Shown here piece after piece: positions 40,814-51,557 of a stretch of 64,000 nt of DNA. Numbering within the stretch: the stretch's first letter is position 1; each line of letters begins with the position of its first letter. The translations under genes and the position numbers were made by a program. The stretch is from contig JAJZKE010000001.1 of the NCBI GenBank assembly GCA_021809645.1, positions 47,245 to 111,244 of the forward strand, given 5' to 3'. This DNA is from a bacterium. GTDB taxonomy: Bacteria; Patescibacteriota; Saccharimonadia; Saccharimonadales; UBA4665. The notes under the pieces were generated by a model. It saw only the letters and a list, made by a program, of their open reading frames with translations. It ran no database searches and was not told the origin of the DNA.

Positions 40814-41284
40814 TTATTTTGTTGTTTTACTGCTGTCGCTGTCTTTGTCATTCGTTTCTTCGCTACTAGTAGTAGATACTGTTTGTTCTTTAGTATCTTT
40901 TATTTCATCAAGAACATCATTTACTGCACTACGATCAAAACCAATACTTGCCAGTCTGGCTGATTTACCTGTTCGTTGTCTCATGTAGCTTAAATAATTG
41001 CGTCTTACTTTAGATCGTTTGGTAACCTCGATTTTAACAATAAGCGGGCTATGTATTAAAAAGCTTTTCTCAACGCCAACACCACTGGCTATTCTCCTGA
41101 CGGTTATCCTTGATAAATGGCCGCCCTTATTAGATGTCTTAATAACTAAGCCTTGAAAAATTTGGATACGTTCCTTGTTGCCTTCTTTTATTTTTTGATG
41201 AACTTTAACTGTATCACCGCTGCGAACGTTGACAACAGCCGTTTTCATATAGCTTTTAGTGATTTCTTCAATTACATTAGACAT
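40814..41284 (-). CDS. rplS: 50S ribosomal protein L19 with C-terminal extension
   Basis: GDTVKV, EGNKERIQ.F.G, GVGVEK, KVRR. Confidence 0.96.
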   Translation of the reverse strand: MSNVIEEITKSYMKTAVVNVRSGDTVKVHQKIKEGNKERIQIFQGLVIKTSNKGGHLSRITVRRIASGVGVEKSFLIHSPLIVKIEVTKRSKVRRNYLSYMRQRTGKSARLASIGFDRSAVNDVLDEIKDTKEQTVSTTSSEETNDKDSDSSKTTK

Positions 41285-41339
41285 AATTCTTGAGATTGTA
41301 CCTTAATTACCCCTGTTCTGTAAATAGTATTTTTAAATA

Positions 41340-42947
41340 TTAACCTATTACCCTGTATATTTCATCAAGTGTTGACTGATGATCAATGACTTTTAATACA
41401 GCGTCTTGAAGCATTGTTACCATACCGCTTTTAATTGCTGCCTTTTCAATATCAATGGAAGTAACTACATTTTCGGTTGATTCTAGAATAGATCTAATTA
41501 AATCGGTAATTAAAAATTGTTCTCGTATTGCTAACTGACCTTTAAATCCATATGGATTTTTATCAGTAATTATTGGTCGTGCAAGCTGTAAATTATTAAG
41601 ATCCGGTTTTGGTATTTGTTCCGGTAAAGTATCAACTATTTGTCTTAGTAACTTTATTTGTGATTCGTTCGGTGTATATAGTTCCATTGAGTCCGGATCG
41701 ATTTTTCGGATTAATCTTTGAGCCATGACTAACCTGATGGCTGATATATACAAAGGATTTTGATTAATTATGTCCGCTAGTCTAGTGATTGCTGCAGAAG
41801 CTGAGTTGGCATGGAAGGTACTTAAGACTAAATGACCGGTCATGGCTGCCTGTAGAGCTGCCCTAGCAGTATCAAGATCTCTTATTTCACCAACCATAAT
41901 AATATCCGGATCAAGTCTTAGAACGGCTCTAAGTTGATCAGCAAATACCGAGTCCTTGGATTTTTCAGATGTCCTGACGGAAATTTGAGTAATGCTTTTA
42001 AATTGATACTCCACCGGATCTTCAATGGTTATTATTTTTCGTTCATCGTTAGATAAAGATTCTAGCATTGAGTATAGTGTTGTCGTTTTGCCTGATCCTG
42101 TTGGGCCAACGATCATCACTAAACCGCTAGGCTTGGCAATAATGTCATCAACTACTTTCCTTTCAGTCGGTGATAGACCAAGACTATCTAGTTTGTACAT
42201 CGATTCATCCATATTAAATAATCTCATAACGACATCCATGGAATTAATAGTTTGAACTGTTTCTAATCTCACATTAACGTCTACCTGATGGCCGTCAGCC
42301 ATAGTAACTTTTTGCGATATATGACCCTGTTGAGCATCCTTTGACGATGTCGATATATCACCGGCACTAGCAATTGCTGATAAAAGCACTCGATATTTAT
42401 CGTAATTAAGATTTGCTATGGGGTGAAGAACACCGTCAATTCTAAACCTTATCCTTACATTTTCTTGTTGTGTTTCTAGGTGTATATCCGATGAACCAAG
42501 ACGATGAGCCTGTTGAACTAAATAAGCTAACATGTCATCGGCTTTTACTTGGTTTAATATTTCAGATATTTGATTAACAAGTTCTGGTGAACTCGTCTTA
42601 TTTATATCTATTTCCTGATATTCAATCTTTGGTGGCGGATCATATAAATTAAGATATTCACGGTAGCCTGTATCTGAAATAATGGCAAAAGTTATTCTTT
42701 GGTCTAAATAGGTTTGTTTAATATGACTAATGGCTTGCTGTGAGGTTGTTGTTGTTATTCCAAAAACAATATTGCTTTTGTCAGCTTGTAGAGGAACTGC
42801 TTTTAAATTCTTAATTTGATCATTTGACATGACTTCCTTATACAAGATTTTATTGATAATCTTAGAAGTATCAACGTAATCAAACCCAAGTATACGGGCA
42901 CGTCTTTCAGTAGACTGTTCTTCATCGAACCTAGCATCTTGACTCAT
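41340..42947 (-). CDS. pilB: PilB/GspE family pilus assembly ATPase
   Basis: SDIHLE, RFRIDG, GPTGSGKTTT, EDPVE, GEIRD, TGHLV.STFH. Confidence 0.88.
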   Translation of the reverse strand: MSQDARFDEEQSTERRARILGFDYVDTSKIINKILYKEVMSNDQIKNLKAVPLQADKSNIVFGITTTTSQQAISHIKQTYLDQRITFAIISDTGYREYLNLYDPPPKIEYQEIDINKTSSPELVNQISEILNQVKADDMLAYLVQQAHRLGSSDIHLETQQENVRIRFRIDGVLHPIANLNYDKYRVLLSAIASAGDISTSSKDAQQGHISQKVTMADGHQVDVNVRLETVQTINSMDVVMRLFNMDESMYKLDSLGLSPTERKVVDDIIAKPSGLVMIVGPTGSGKTTTLYSMLESLSNDERKIITIEDPVEYQFKSITQISVRTSEKSKDSVFADQLRAVLRLDPDIIMVGEIRDLDTARAALQAAMTGHLVLSTFHANSASAAITRLADIINQNPLYISAIRLVMAQRLIRKIDPDSMELYTPNESQIKLLRQIVDTLPEQIPKPDLNNLQLARPIITDKNPYGFKGQLAIREQFLITDLIRSILESTENVVTSIDIEKAAIKSGMVTMLQDAVLKVIDHQSTLDEIYRVIG

Positions 42948-42961
42948 TATGTATATTATAA

Positions 42962-43483
42962 ATGCTTATGGCTAAAACAATAAATACTTCCAGACAAATT
43001 GTGATCGTTGCCAATAATATCCGCAGTGCTCATAACGTCGGCTCATTATTTAGAACAGCTGAGGGATTAGCTATCAACAAATTAATTTTAACTGGTTATA
43101 CACCTTATCCAATCTCTAAAAATGATCTTCGCTTACCACATATAGCTAAAAAGATTGATAATCAAATTCAAAAGACAGCTTTGAATGCTCAACATAGCTT
43201 AAGTTGGAGCTACAGCCAAGATATTAATTTAATATTAAATAAGTATCGTCTTTTAGGTTACACGATTTATAGTCTAGAGCAGGCACCGCATAGTATCGCC
43301 ATAAATAATCTAAAACCGACTGAGAAATCATTAATAATACTTGGCAATGAAATCAATGGTATAGAGAAAGAGATTTTATTGCAAAGTGATCATATCATCG
43401 AAATACCGATGTTAGGTGAAAAAGAATCCTTTAACGTTGTTCAAGCTGCAGCAATGGCTCTATTTTATCTAAGATATTGTTAA
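42962..43483 (+). CDS. TrmH/SpoU family RNA methyltransferase
   Basis: NIRSAHNVGSLFRTA, GNE..G, IPM.G.KESFNV. Confidence 0.92.
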   Translation: MLMAKTINTSRQIVIVANNIRSAHNVGSLFRTAEGLAINKLILTGYTPYPISKNDLRLPHIAKKIDNQIQKTALNAQHSLSWSYSQDINLILNKYRLLGYTIYSLEQAPHSIAINNLKPTEKSLIILGNEINGIEKEILLQSDHIIEIPMLGEKESFNVVQAAAMALFYLRYC

Positions 43484-43513
43484 TTAATGATAATATACTT
43501 TATAGGAATAAAA

Positions 43514-43927
43514 ATGACTTTAGTTAAGAATAAACCAAGAGTCACCGCCAACCAGAGAAAAATGGTCGGTAGCCATCATAAGAAAAACAAGAAATATCTT
43601 AAAACTTATTGGCCATATCTGCCAATTATATCTATTTTAACTGGCTCAATATTAGTTAGTTATTATTTACCCTTATCTCATGAGAATAAAAATAGTTTAA
43701 GATCAGGTTATAGCGCAAGAATTAGCTCGGTTATTGGACGATCTAATAATATACTACTTGATCTTATGTATATTATATTTGGTTGTTTAGTCATCTGGTA
43801 TGCCTTAAGACATTTTAAAAGGCTCAAGAAGCTAGCATATGAGGGCGAGGAATATTTAGCCAAACATTACTTATTTGATATATTAATTGGCGTCATTATT
43901 GGTGGGCTTTTTATTATGATTACTTAG
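43514..43927 (+). CDS. Hypothetical membrane protein (about three TM segments)
   Basis: ATG 43514 after AGGA; basic N-terminus, YWPYLP, hydrophobic segments. Confidence 0.65.
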   Translation: MTLVKNKPRVTANQRKMVGSHHKKNKKYLKTYWPYLPIISILTGSILVSYYLPLSHENKNSLRSGYSARISSVIGRSNNILLDLMYIIFGCLVIWYALRHFKRLKKLAYEGEEYLAKHYLFDILIGVIIGGLFIMIT

Positions 43928-46900
43928 CTAACAGCTAGGTTCTCGCTACCAACAAGTTCACTTAAAATATTAATACCTTCTGTATTTTGATGATCAAAAC
44001 CGTTCGGAAGTCTAATCGCTTGTCGATCGTTGTTATTCTCAAAAACTAATATTACTTTTGCTTGGCCAATATATTTATCGATTGTTGTTTTTAAATTAGT
44101 TAATAATCTATCGTCGATATTATTTTTTAATTTAATATATACTTTAGGATCTTTATTGGAACCATTACTATTCGATATTTTAGTTAAGTCTAAAGGCTCT
44201 ATATCTTCAAGGATCAGACTTTTAGAGTTATTGTTAACATTTGATGATCTTGAAGAAACAGTTGAGTGAAAGAGATAAATCTTATCTCTAATTAATTGAT
44301 CAGCTAAATCTTTATAAACTTTAGGAAAGACGACCATTTCAATATCAGCCGTTAGATCTTCGATTTTCAAAAAGGCCATTCGTTGGCCATTTTTAGTTGT
44401 TATTTCTTTATTATCGCTAATTAAACCGCCAACTGTTACTTTAGCATCATTGGCCATGTTTTTTATTTGAGAAATTGGTATACACTTATTAGCTAAATAA
44501 TCGCTAATATCACTAAGTGGATGTCGACTAAGATATATACCTAGCAATTCTCTTTCCCATGATAAATATACTTTTGTATCTATATCTTCTTTATTTTTAA
44601 TTAATTCTATTTTATGACTAACGACATTTTGTATCGGTCCTCGACTATCGAATAAATTAAGTTGATTTGATTCTTTTTGTTTTTGTTGTCTCGAGGCGTA
44701 CGATATCATTAACTCGATATTATTAAGTAACAGTTGGCGGTCATAAAAACTGTCAAATGCACCTGTTTTTATTAAACTTTCTAAAGATTTTCTATTTACT
44801 ATTCTTGGATTAACTCTAGTTAAATAATCTTCAATACTTGAAAAATGTTTATCTCCTCGAGCTTCGACTATTTCTTCAGCTGCTGAAGTGCCAACGTTTT
44901 TAATAGCTTTTAGTCCAAATCTGATTTGTTTTTTATTAGGTACAATACCAAATTCGACAAATGATTCGTTAATATCTGGCGGTAAAACCTCTATATTTAA
45001 ATGTCGACATTCAGCTATCTCGATGGCTAATCGATCAATATTATCGTAATCAGTTGTCATTAGGGCTGCCATAAAAGCGTCGGTAAAATGTGCTTTTAAG
45101 TAAGCTGTCCAGTAAGATATCTGGGCATAAGATGTAGCATGAGATTTGGCAAACGAATAGTCAGCGAATGGTTGGATTAAGGACCATAGTTCTTGAGCTT
45201 GTTTTTTAGATAATCCCTGCTCCATCGAACCTGATATAAATTTAGGTTCTTCGGCTTGCATTATGTCTCTTTTTTTCTTACCAATTGCCTTTCTTACTAG
45301 ATCAGCTTCAGCAGCTGAATAGCCAGCTATACGCTGCAGTATTTGGATTATTTGCTCTTGGTAAACCATTACACCGTATGTATCTTTTAGGGTCGATTCT
45401 AGTGCGCTATGAAGATATTTAATCTTATTCGGATTGTTTTTCCCTTCGATAAAACGCGGTATTTCTGACATTGGTCCTGGTCGATAAAGTGCAACCATAG
45501 CGATAATATCTGTAAACATAGTCGGTTTTAATTGTTTTAAATATCTTTTCATGCCTGCTGATTCTAGCTGAAATACACCGACAGTATCAGCAGCCTGCAA
45601 AAGTTCAAAAGTTTTTTGATCGTCTTTTGGTATCTCGTCGATATTAATTGTCTTGTTATATACTTTTCTAATTATTCGCTGAGCATTTCTAATTGTTGTT
45701 AAATTAGATAAACCCAAAAAATCGATTTTCAATAGACCTAGTTCATCGATTGGCCCCATTGAATATTGAGTTGAGACAACGCCCTTTTGAGCCATTTCTA
45801 AAGGAGCAAATTTGACTATTTCGTCAGGTGCAATTACAACGCCGGCAGCGTGGATACCATGGCTTCTAATTGTTCCTTCAAGTTGAATAGCTAAGTCAAA
45901 GACTTTTTTAGCTGTTTCGTTGGTCTTATACTCATTATTTAAGTCTTCATCGTCTTTGATTGATTTTTTAAGTGGAATATGTCTTCCTTGAACTGGAAGA
46001 GGAATCATCTTAGCTAAACGATCTGCTTCAGCGTATGGTACCTGTAAGACTCTGGCTACATCTCTAACGGCGTTCCTAGCTGCCATTCTGCCAAAAGTTA
46101 CTATATTAGCGACTTTTTGTGATCCGTATTTATTGACACAATAGTTTATTACTTCATCTCGTCTAGTATCTTGGATATCTATATCGATATCCGGCATTGA
46201 TATTCTTGATGGATTTAAAAATCTTTCAAACATTAGATCGTATTTTATTGGATCTATTTCGGTAATACGTAAAGCGTAAGATACAATTGAACCTGCAGCT
46301 GAGCCTCTTCCCGGCCCAAAAATAACCTTATTATCTTTACCCCAATTAATAAAGTCTTGAACGATTAAGAAATATCCACTGAATCCCATTTGATGAATAA
46401 CACTAAGCTCGTACTCTGCTCTATCTATATATTTTTGATCTAACATTTTTTTAGCTTGAGTAATAGTTAATGATATAGATTTTTGTCGGCTAACTTTAGC
46501 GTAACGCCAGGCTAATCCTTGGTATACTAAAGCTTCTAGATAATCTTTTTCATTAGATCCTTGAGGTACTGGAAATTTAGGAATTAGTATTTTTCCTAAT
46601 GGTATATTTACGTTGCATAAGTCAGCTATTTTTTTAGTGTTAGAGACAACATCCGGATGATCGTTACCCCATCTCTTTATTATTTCATTTGGTTCAGTGA
46701 CATGAAGTTCTAAATCTTTTAAACTAAGTCTTTTTTCGTCTGTAAAAAATGAATTAGTTTGAATGCAAAGAAGTATTTCATGAGCTGTTTGATCTTGCTG
46801 CCTTAAATAATGGGCGTCGGCAGTAACTACTACCGGAATTTGTAAATTTTTAGCTATTTCAAAAACTTGATCGTTAATGTTTTTTTGTATTTTATTAAAA

Positions 46901-47475
46901 GTCGGATGATTAGGGTGCCCATGATCTTGAACTTCTAGATAATAACGATCATTAAAAACTTTCTTATACCATTTAGCAATTTCCTGAGCATCTTTAAAAA
47001 GCCCCTGGTTTAATGCTTGACCTATTTCACTACCCATACAACCGCTTAAGCAAATGAGTCCTTTATTATATTGTTCTAATGTTTGCCGGTCGATTCGTGG
47101 CTTATAGTAATAACCATCCAGGTTGGCAATAGAAGATAATCTCATTAAGTTTTGATATCCAGTATCGTCCATAGCTAATAAGATTAAGTGGTAGTTCTCT
47201 TTGTCGTAGTTTATATCTTTATCGGATAACCTACGACTAGCGATATATGTTTCGATTCCTAAAATCGGTTTTATATCTTTAGACTTCGCATCTTTATATA
47301 GCTCTATTAAACCGCTTAGAGTACCATGATCAGTTATGGCAATTGCTTCCATTTTGGCTTTTTTTACAAAATCTATCAACTCTGGCACCTTTGTTAATCC
47401 ATCCAATAAACTATATTGGGTGTGATTGTGCAGGTGCACAAAATCTTTAGCTTTAAGTTTTTTTCTTTCAGTCAA
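43924..47475 (-). CDS. dnaE: DNA polymerase III alpha subunit
   Basis: PHP HLHNHT.YSLLDG, GRGSAAGS, PDIDID, GVFQLES, OB fold. Confidence 0.98.
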   Translation of the reverse strand: MTERKKLKAKDFVHLHNHTQYSLLDGLTKVPELIDFVKKAKMEAIAITDHGTLSGLIELYKDAKSKDIKPILGIETYIASRRLSDKDINYDKENYHLILLAMDDTGYQNLMRLSSIANLDGYYYKPRIDRQTLEQYNKGLICLSGCMGSEIGQALNQGLFKDAQEIAKWYKKVFNDRYYLEVQDHGHPNHPTFNKIQKNINDQVFEIAKNLQIPVVVTADAHYLRQQDQTAHEILLCIQTNSFFTDEKRLSLKDLELHVTEPNEIIKRWGNDHPDVVSNTKKIADLCNVNIPLGKILIPKFPVPQGSNEKDYLEALVYQGLAWRYAKVSRQKSISLTITQAKKMLDQKYIDRAEYELSVIHQMGFSGYFLIVQDFINWGKDNKVIFGPGRGSAAGSIVSYALRITEIDPIKYDLMFERFLNPSRISMPDIDIDIQDTRRDEVINYCVNKYGSQKVANIVTFGRMAARNAVRDVARVLQVPYAEADRLAKMIPLPVQGRHIPLKKSIKDDEDLNNEYKTNETAKKVFDLAIQLEGTIRSHGIHAAGVVIAPDEIVKFAPLEMAQKGVVSTQYSMGPIDELGLLKIDFLGLSNLTTIRNAQRIIRKVYNKTINIDEIPKDDQKTFELLQAADTVGVFQLESAGMKRYLKQLKPTMFTDIIAMVALYRPGPMSEIPRFIEGKNNPNKIKYLHSALESTLKDTYGVMVYQEQIIQILQRIAGYSAAEADLVRKAIGKKKRDIMQAEEPKFISGSMEQGLSKKQAQELWSLIQPFADYSFAKSHATSYAQISYWTAYLKAHFTDAFMAALMTTDYDNIDRLAIEIAECRHLNIEVLPPDINESFVEFGIVPNKKQIRFGLKAIKNVGTSAAEEIVEARGDKHFSSIEDYLTRVNPRIVNRKSLESLIKTGAFDSFYDRQLLLNNIELMISYASRQQKQKESNQLNLFDSRGPIQNVVSHKIELIKNKEDIDTKVYLSWERELLGIYLSRHPLSDISDYLANKCIPISQIKNMANDAKVTVGGLISDNKEITTKNGQRMAFLKIEDLTADIEMVVFPKVYKDLADQLIRDKIYLFHSTVSSRSSNVNNNSKSLILEDIEPLDLTKISNSNGSNKDPKVYIKLKNNIDDRLLTNLKTTIDKYIGQAKVILVFENNNDRQAIRLPNGFDHQNTEGINILSELVGSENLAVS

Positions 47476-47543
47476 CCGAAACCTCCGGATGCCTCTTTTG
47501 TTTTTCTATTATACAAGACTATAGAATAGAATTCGATAATTTT

Positions 47544-47921
47544 TTACTTTTTTATAAATTTTCTAAGTTCGTTTAAGCTTTCCTTGGCTCTACTTAAAGC
47601 GGCTTCTAAATCCTCATCTAAATTATCTTGTCCGTGTAAAGAGCTTAGAATATTTTTAATTTTTTTCTGTGATGTTCTTGTTCGATTTTCAATTTCTTTA
47701 AATTTTGAATTAAACTTTGGAATTTTAGATACCTTGTTCAATAAATCTTTATTTTCACTATAAATTGATTTAAATTCTCGTTCGATTTGTTGAATGTTAA
47801 CAGATTTCTGAAGTCTTTTTCTAGTTCTTTGACCACTTCTTGGAGCTGTTAATAACCCAGCGACATAACCAACAGTTAAAAGTCCTATGACTTTTGTTAT
47901 TGATTTTCTTACTTTTGGCAT
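47544..47921 (-). CDS. YtxH-like protein
   Basis: GYVAGLLTAPRSGQRTR motif followed by coiled coil. Confidence 0.8.
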   Translation of the reverse strand: MPKVRKSITKVIGLLTVGYVAGLLTAPRSGQRTRKRLQKSVNIQQIEREFKSIYSENKDLLNKVSKIPKFNSKFKEIENRTRTSQKKIKNILSSLHGQDNLDEDLEAALSRAKESLNELRKFIKK

Positions 47922-48178
47922 TATTTTCCCTTATCTTTTTCTAATAGACCGTGAATTAGACTAATTAGTGGATGTTTGGCGTGTGAAGCGCGACCAATGT
48001 GCCTTAAGGTTTCAGTGGCTGATTCGATATTATCAATAGCTGCTTCTGTTGTTTTGGCTATTTTTCGTATCTTATTTATTACAGCTATTGCTTCGATCAA
48101 AAATACAATTAAGACAATAAATAAAACACTTAATACTATGGTTATTATCAAAAGTTCGATATTATTGGTCGTTGACAT
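47921..48178 (-). CDS. Small membrane protein (DUF948/YoxC-like)
   Basis: N-terminal TM plus coiled coil, directly upstream of YtxH-like gene. Confidence 0.6.
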   Translation of the reverse strand: MSTTNNIELLIITIVLSVLFIVLIVFLIEAIAVINKIRKIAKTTEAAIDNIESATETLRHIGRASHAKHPLISLIHGLLEKDKGK

Positions 48179-48249
48179 ATTTATTCCTCATCACACTATT
48201 TATGTTTATCTAATGTATTATACTCTATGATTTTTTTATATATCATAAT

Positions 48250-49710
48250 TTAACCTATCTTAGACTTTATTAAGGTTGTAACTATTGTCGGATTAGCTTG
48301 ACCTTTTGATCCCTTCATTACCTGACCGACGAGAAAGCCAATAGCTTTATCTTTACCCTCTTTGAGATCTTTAACCGCTTGAGGGTTATTGGCTAATACT
48401 TGATCGACGATATCATTTAACAGTCCTTCATCAGATGTTTGTAAAAGTTTAGATTCCTTAGCTACTTCTTTTACATCCTTTGGTAACTTTTTCATGGTTA
48501 ACAATTGACTGATTAGTAGTTTAATATTCGTTGAGCTAATTTCTCCTGATTCAAATATTGAATATACCTGATTATATATCTGCTGAATATTTTTATCGCT
48601 TAATTCTATATTTTTAGCTGATTCGGCAAGTTTTTTACGTAAGGGTAGTTCAATATTAACCAGCCAATTAGCAATTACCCGAGCCTGGTTGGTTGGTAAA
48701 TTAACTAAATAATCTAAATTGTTTAACGAATATTCAATTTCGGCTTCAATTAAACTTTCAATAATTGATGTACTTAAACTGTGTTTAGAAACTTGTTGAC
48801 GCCAATACTTGGGTAACTTAGGCATTGATTGTTGGATTTTTAATATATATTGATCATCTAGTAATATTGGTGGTAAGTCTGGATCAGGCATGTATCGATA
48901 GTCATCGGCATTTTCTTTAGAACGCATCGAATAGCCTTGTCCTTTAGTATCGTTCCAGCCTCTTGTTTCTTGAATCACTTGTTGGCCAGACTCGATTAGA
49001 TCTATTTGGCGATTCATTTCATAAGTTATCGCTCTTTCAATTGATCGAAAACTATTCAGGTTCTTTGTTTCAGTTCTTGTACCTAATTGATTATCTTTTG
49101 AGATACTGACATTTACATCGAATCTCATGTTGCCGTAGTAAAGATTGGCTTCTGAAACATCAGCATAACGCATTAGAAGATAAAGCTCATGAGCATAGGC
49201 TTTTGCTTCTTCAGGACTATGCATTTCTGGTTCTGAGACAATTTCAAGTAGAGGCGTGCCAGCACGATTAAGATCAACAAGACTATAGTTCTGATTGTCG
49301 GGATGAATACTTTTTCCGGCGTCTGATTCAAGATGGGCCCTGGTTATATTAACTCGTCTTAATTGATCATTACAGTAAAATTCGACGTAACCGCCAACGA
49401 TAATCGGTTGATCATATTGACTTATTTGATAACCCATTGGTAAATCGGGGTAAAAATAATGCTTACGATCAAATTTTGAAAAATATGAAGGTTTTGAGTT
49501 TAAAGCAAATGCAGCTTTTGAAGCTAATTCAATTGCTTTTTCATTTAAAACTGGCAAAGCACCAGGTAATCCAAAATCTATATGATTGATTAAAGTGTTA
49601 GCAACACTATCTTTACTGTCGTTATCTGAGCCAGAAAAAAGCTTAGACTTTGTTTTTAGCTGAACATGAGTCTCAATACCAACAGTTAAAATATATTCTA
49701 TTTTAGGCAT
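48250..49710 (-). CDS. gatB: Asp/Glu-tRNA amidotransferase subunit B
   Basis: GIETHVQL, RKHYFYPD, NRAGTPLLEIV, GFLVGQVMK. Confidence 0.97.
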   Translation of the reverse strand: MPKIEYILTVGIETHVQLKTKSKLFSGSDNDSKDSVANTLINHIDFGLPGALPVLNEKAIELASKAAFALNSKPSYFSKFDRKHYFYPDLPMGYQISQYDQPIIVGGYVEFYCNDQLRRVNITRAHLESDAGKSIHPDNQNYSLVDLNRAGTPLLEIVSEPEMHSPEEAKAYAHELYLLMRYADVSEANLYYGNMRFDVNVSISKDNQLGTRTETKNLNSFRSIERAITYEMNRQIDLIESGQQVIQETRGWNDTKGQGYSMRSKENADDYRYMPDPDLPPILLDDQYILKIQQSMPKLPKYWRQQVSKHSLSTSIIESLIEAEIEYSLNNLDYLVNLPTNQARVIANWLVNIELPLRKKLAESAKNIELSDKNIQQIYNQVYSIFESGEISSTNIKLLISQLLTMKKLPKDVKEVAKESKLLQTSDEGLLNDIVDQVLANNPQAVKDLKEGKDKAIGFLVGQVMKGSKGQANPTIVTTLIKSKIG

Positions 49711-50137
49711 TTTTCTTTCCTTTTTTATCTGGGCCTAAGGCACCTAAGTCTTTTAAAGCAAGTCTGAAAGCCGCTAGTGCTTCAAGAGTATCTTTTTTAC
49801 TTAATTCCCGATAATTATGGTCTGTTATCTTATTCTTTAATTTATGGCTTAACCAAACTGCATCATTTGAAGTAAAAAAGTGTTGAGCTGAAACTAAACG
49901 TTCACCAGTGGTTTTACCATGAAAATGACGTTTTTTTAAGGCCTCATCGAGTAAATTGTCAGCTTCAATAACTGCTTGGTACCATGTTTTCTTACTCGAA
50001 CAGAGTTTTTGTAATTTAGTCCAACGTCTCATAAAGTACTTTTTGTCTAATACAGTTTTTTTATTCCTTAATATAAATGTAGTTATAACAACAATTAAGA
50101 TTAGAACCCCGCCAGATATGTTAACAAAATTAAGCAT
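49703..50137 (-). CDS. Membrane-anchored hypothetical protein, possible HEPN/DUF4145-like fold, within gatCAB
   Basis: N-terminal TM; AVIEAD.LLD.AL, GERL, HKLKNKI.DH; overlaps both neighbours by 8 nt. Confidence 0.65.
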   Translation of the reverse strand: MLNFVNISGGVLILIVVITTFILRNKKTVLDKKYFMRRWTKLQKLCSSKKTWYQAVIEADNLLDEALKKRHFHGKTTGERLVSAQHFFTSNDAVWLSHKLKNKITDHNYRELSKKDTLEALAAFRLALKDLGALGPDKKGKKNA

Positions 50138-51557
50138 TGATTAATTCCTCTAGATATTTAGCATAATTAATCAAATTATGATCTTCTTTTTGCCTAGCCA
50201 TTAATTGTACACCGATAGGTAATTTGTCAACCTTACCAGCCGGTATGGCGATTGACGGTATGCCAACTAGATTAGCTGCAACAAGAACAATATCATTGAG
50301 GTACATTGATAGCGGATCAGCTGTGAACTCGCCAATTTTAAAAGCAGTGGTCGGTGTAGCTGGACCAATTAAGTAATCTACTTTTTTAAATGCTTCAGTA
50401 AATTCATTAATCATTTTAGTTCTTACTATTTGAGCCTTTTTATAATAAGCATCGTAGTAGCCGCTACTTAGTACGTAAGTACCGATCATTATTCGTCTTT
50501 TTGCCTCGTTGCCAAAACCTTTAGAGCGGCTGTTATAGTAACTTTCTTCTAAGCTTTTAGAATTAGCGTCACTAAAACCGTATCTTTGACCATCGTAGCG
50601 GCTTAAATTTGATGCTACTTCTGCTGGACAAAGTATATAGTAAACTGCTAGAGCCAAAGGTAAACTGGGTAAACTTATTTCTTTAACTATATCTCCGTTG
50701 TTACTTATTTTTTCCGATATTGACAGTACTCTATCTTTGACTTTTTGATTAATGCCGTCAGCTAAATATTCTTTAACTAGGCCAATCTTTATCTGTTTAT
50801 TGGGCTTTTTAAAGTCACTAAATTTATTATCTTTAACTTCTACGGTAGTTGAATCAAGGTCATCTTGACCACTCATTACTTCCATAACTAGAGCTACATC
50901 TTCAACACAATTAGCCAGTGCGCCAATACAATCAGTACTACTAGCCATTGCTACTACTCCTGAGCGGCTGACCAGGCCATATGTTGGTTTATAGCCAACA
51001 ACACCGCAAAAACTTGCTGGTGCCCTAATTGATCCGCCTGTATCAGTGCCTAAACTAAAGGGCGCAACATCAAGAGCGATTGATGCTGCAGATCCACCTG
51101 AACTACCGCCTGGAACACGAGACTTATCATAAGGGTTTAATGTTGTAAAGAAATCACTGTTTTCAGTGCTTGAACCATGAGCAAAGGCATCTAGATTTGC
51201 TTTAGCAACGCAAATAGCTCCCTCAGCTTCAAGCTTATTAATTGCTGTTGCCTGATAAGGGGCATCAAATCCTTTCAACATGTTACTAGCGGCCGTAGTT
51301 TCAGCTCCAAAAGCAAGAAAGTTATCTTTAGCTATAAAAGGTACACCGGCTAAACGACCGGCGTTTTGACCTTTTTTTACCTTATTATCTATCTCTTCAG
51401 CCCGACGTCTAGCTCTATCGCTGGTTGTTGAGATAATTGCTTGAAATTCTTTTTTTTGTTCTATTAATGCAAGTGATTTGGCAACTAGACTAGCGGCGCT
51501 AGTCTTACCGCTATTAACTTCTTTGGCAAGTTGTTGTATTTTTGGCCAGTTGCTCAT
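50130..51557 (-). CDS. gatA: Asp/Glu-tRNA amidotransferase subunit A
   Basis: Amidase signature PGGSSGGSAA, GTDTGGSIR.PA, RRIMIG. Confidence 0.97.
   Translation of the reverse strand: MSNWPKIQQLAKEVNSGKTSAASLVAKSLALIEQKKEFQAIISTTSDRARRRAEEIDNKVKKGQNAGRLAGVPFIAKDNFLAFGAETTAASNMLKGFDAPYQATAINKLEAEGAICVAKANLDAFAHGSSTENSDFFTTLNPYDKSRVPGGSSGGSAASIALDVAPFSLGTDTGGSIRAPASFCGVVGYKPTYGLVSRSGVVAMASSTDCIGALANCVEDVALVMEVMSGQDDLDSTTVEVKDNKFSDFKKPNKQIKIGLVKEYLADGINQKVKDRVLSISEKISNNGDIVKEISLPSLPLALAVYYILCPAEVASNLSRYDGQRYGFSDANSKSLEESYYNSRSKGFGNEAKRRIMIGTYVLSSGYYDAYYKKAQIVRTKMINEFTEAFKKVDYLIGPATPTTAFKIGEFTADPLSMYLNDIVLVAANLVGIPSIAIPAGKVDKLPIGVQLMARQKEDHNLINYAKYLEELINA

Noticed and set aside
43924..47475. Intein or intron in dnaE (also checked rpoB, rpoC, recG)
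   Set aside because: Lengths are typical and no splicing motifs were noticed
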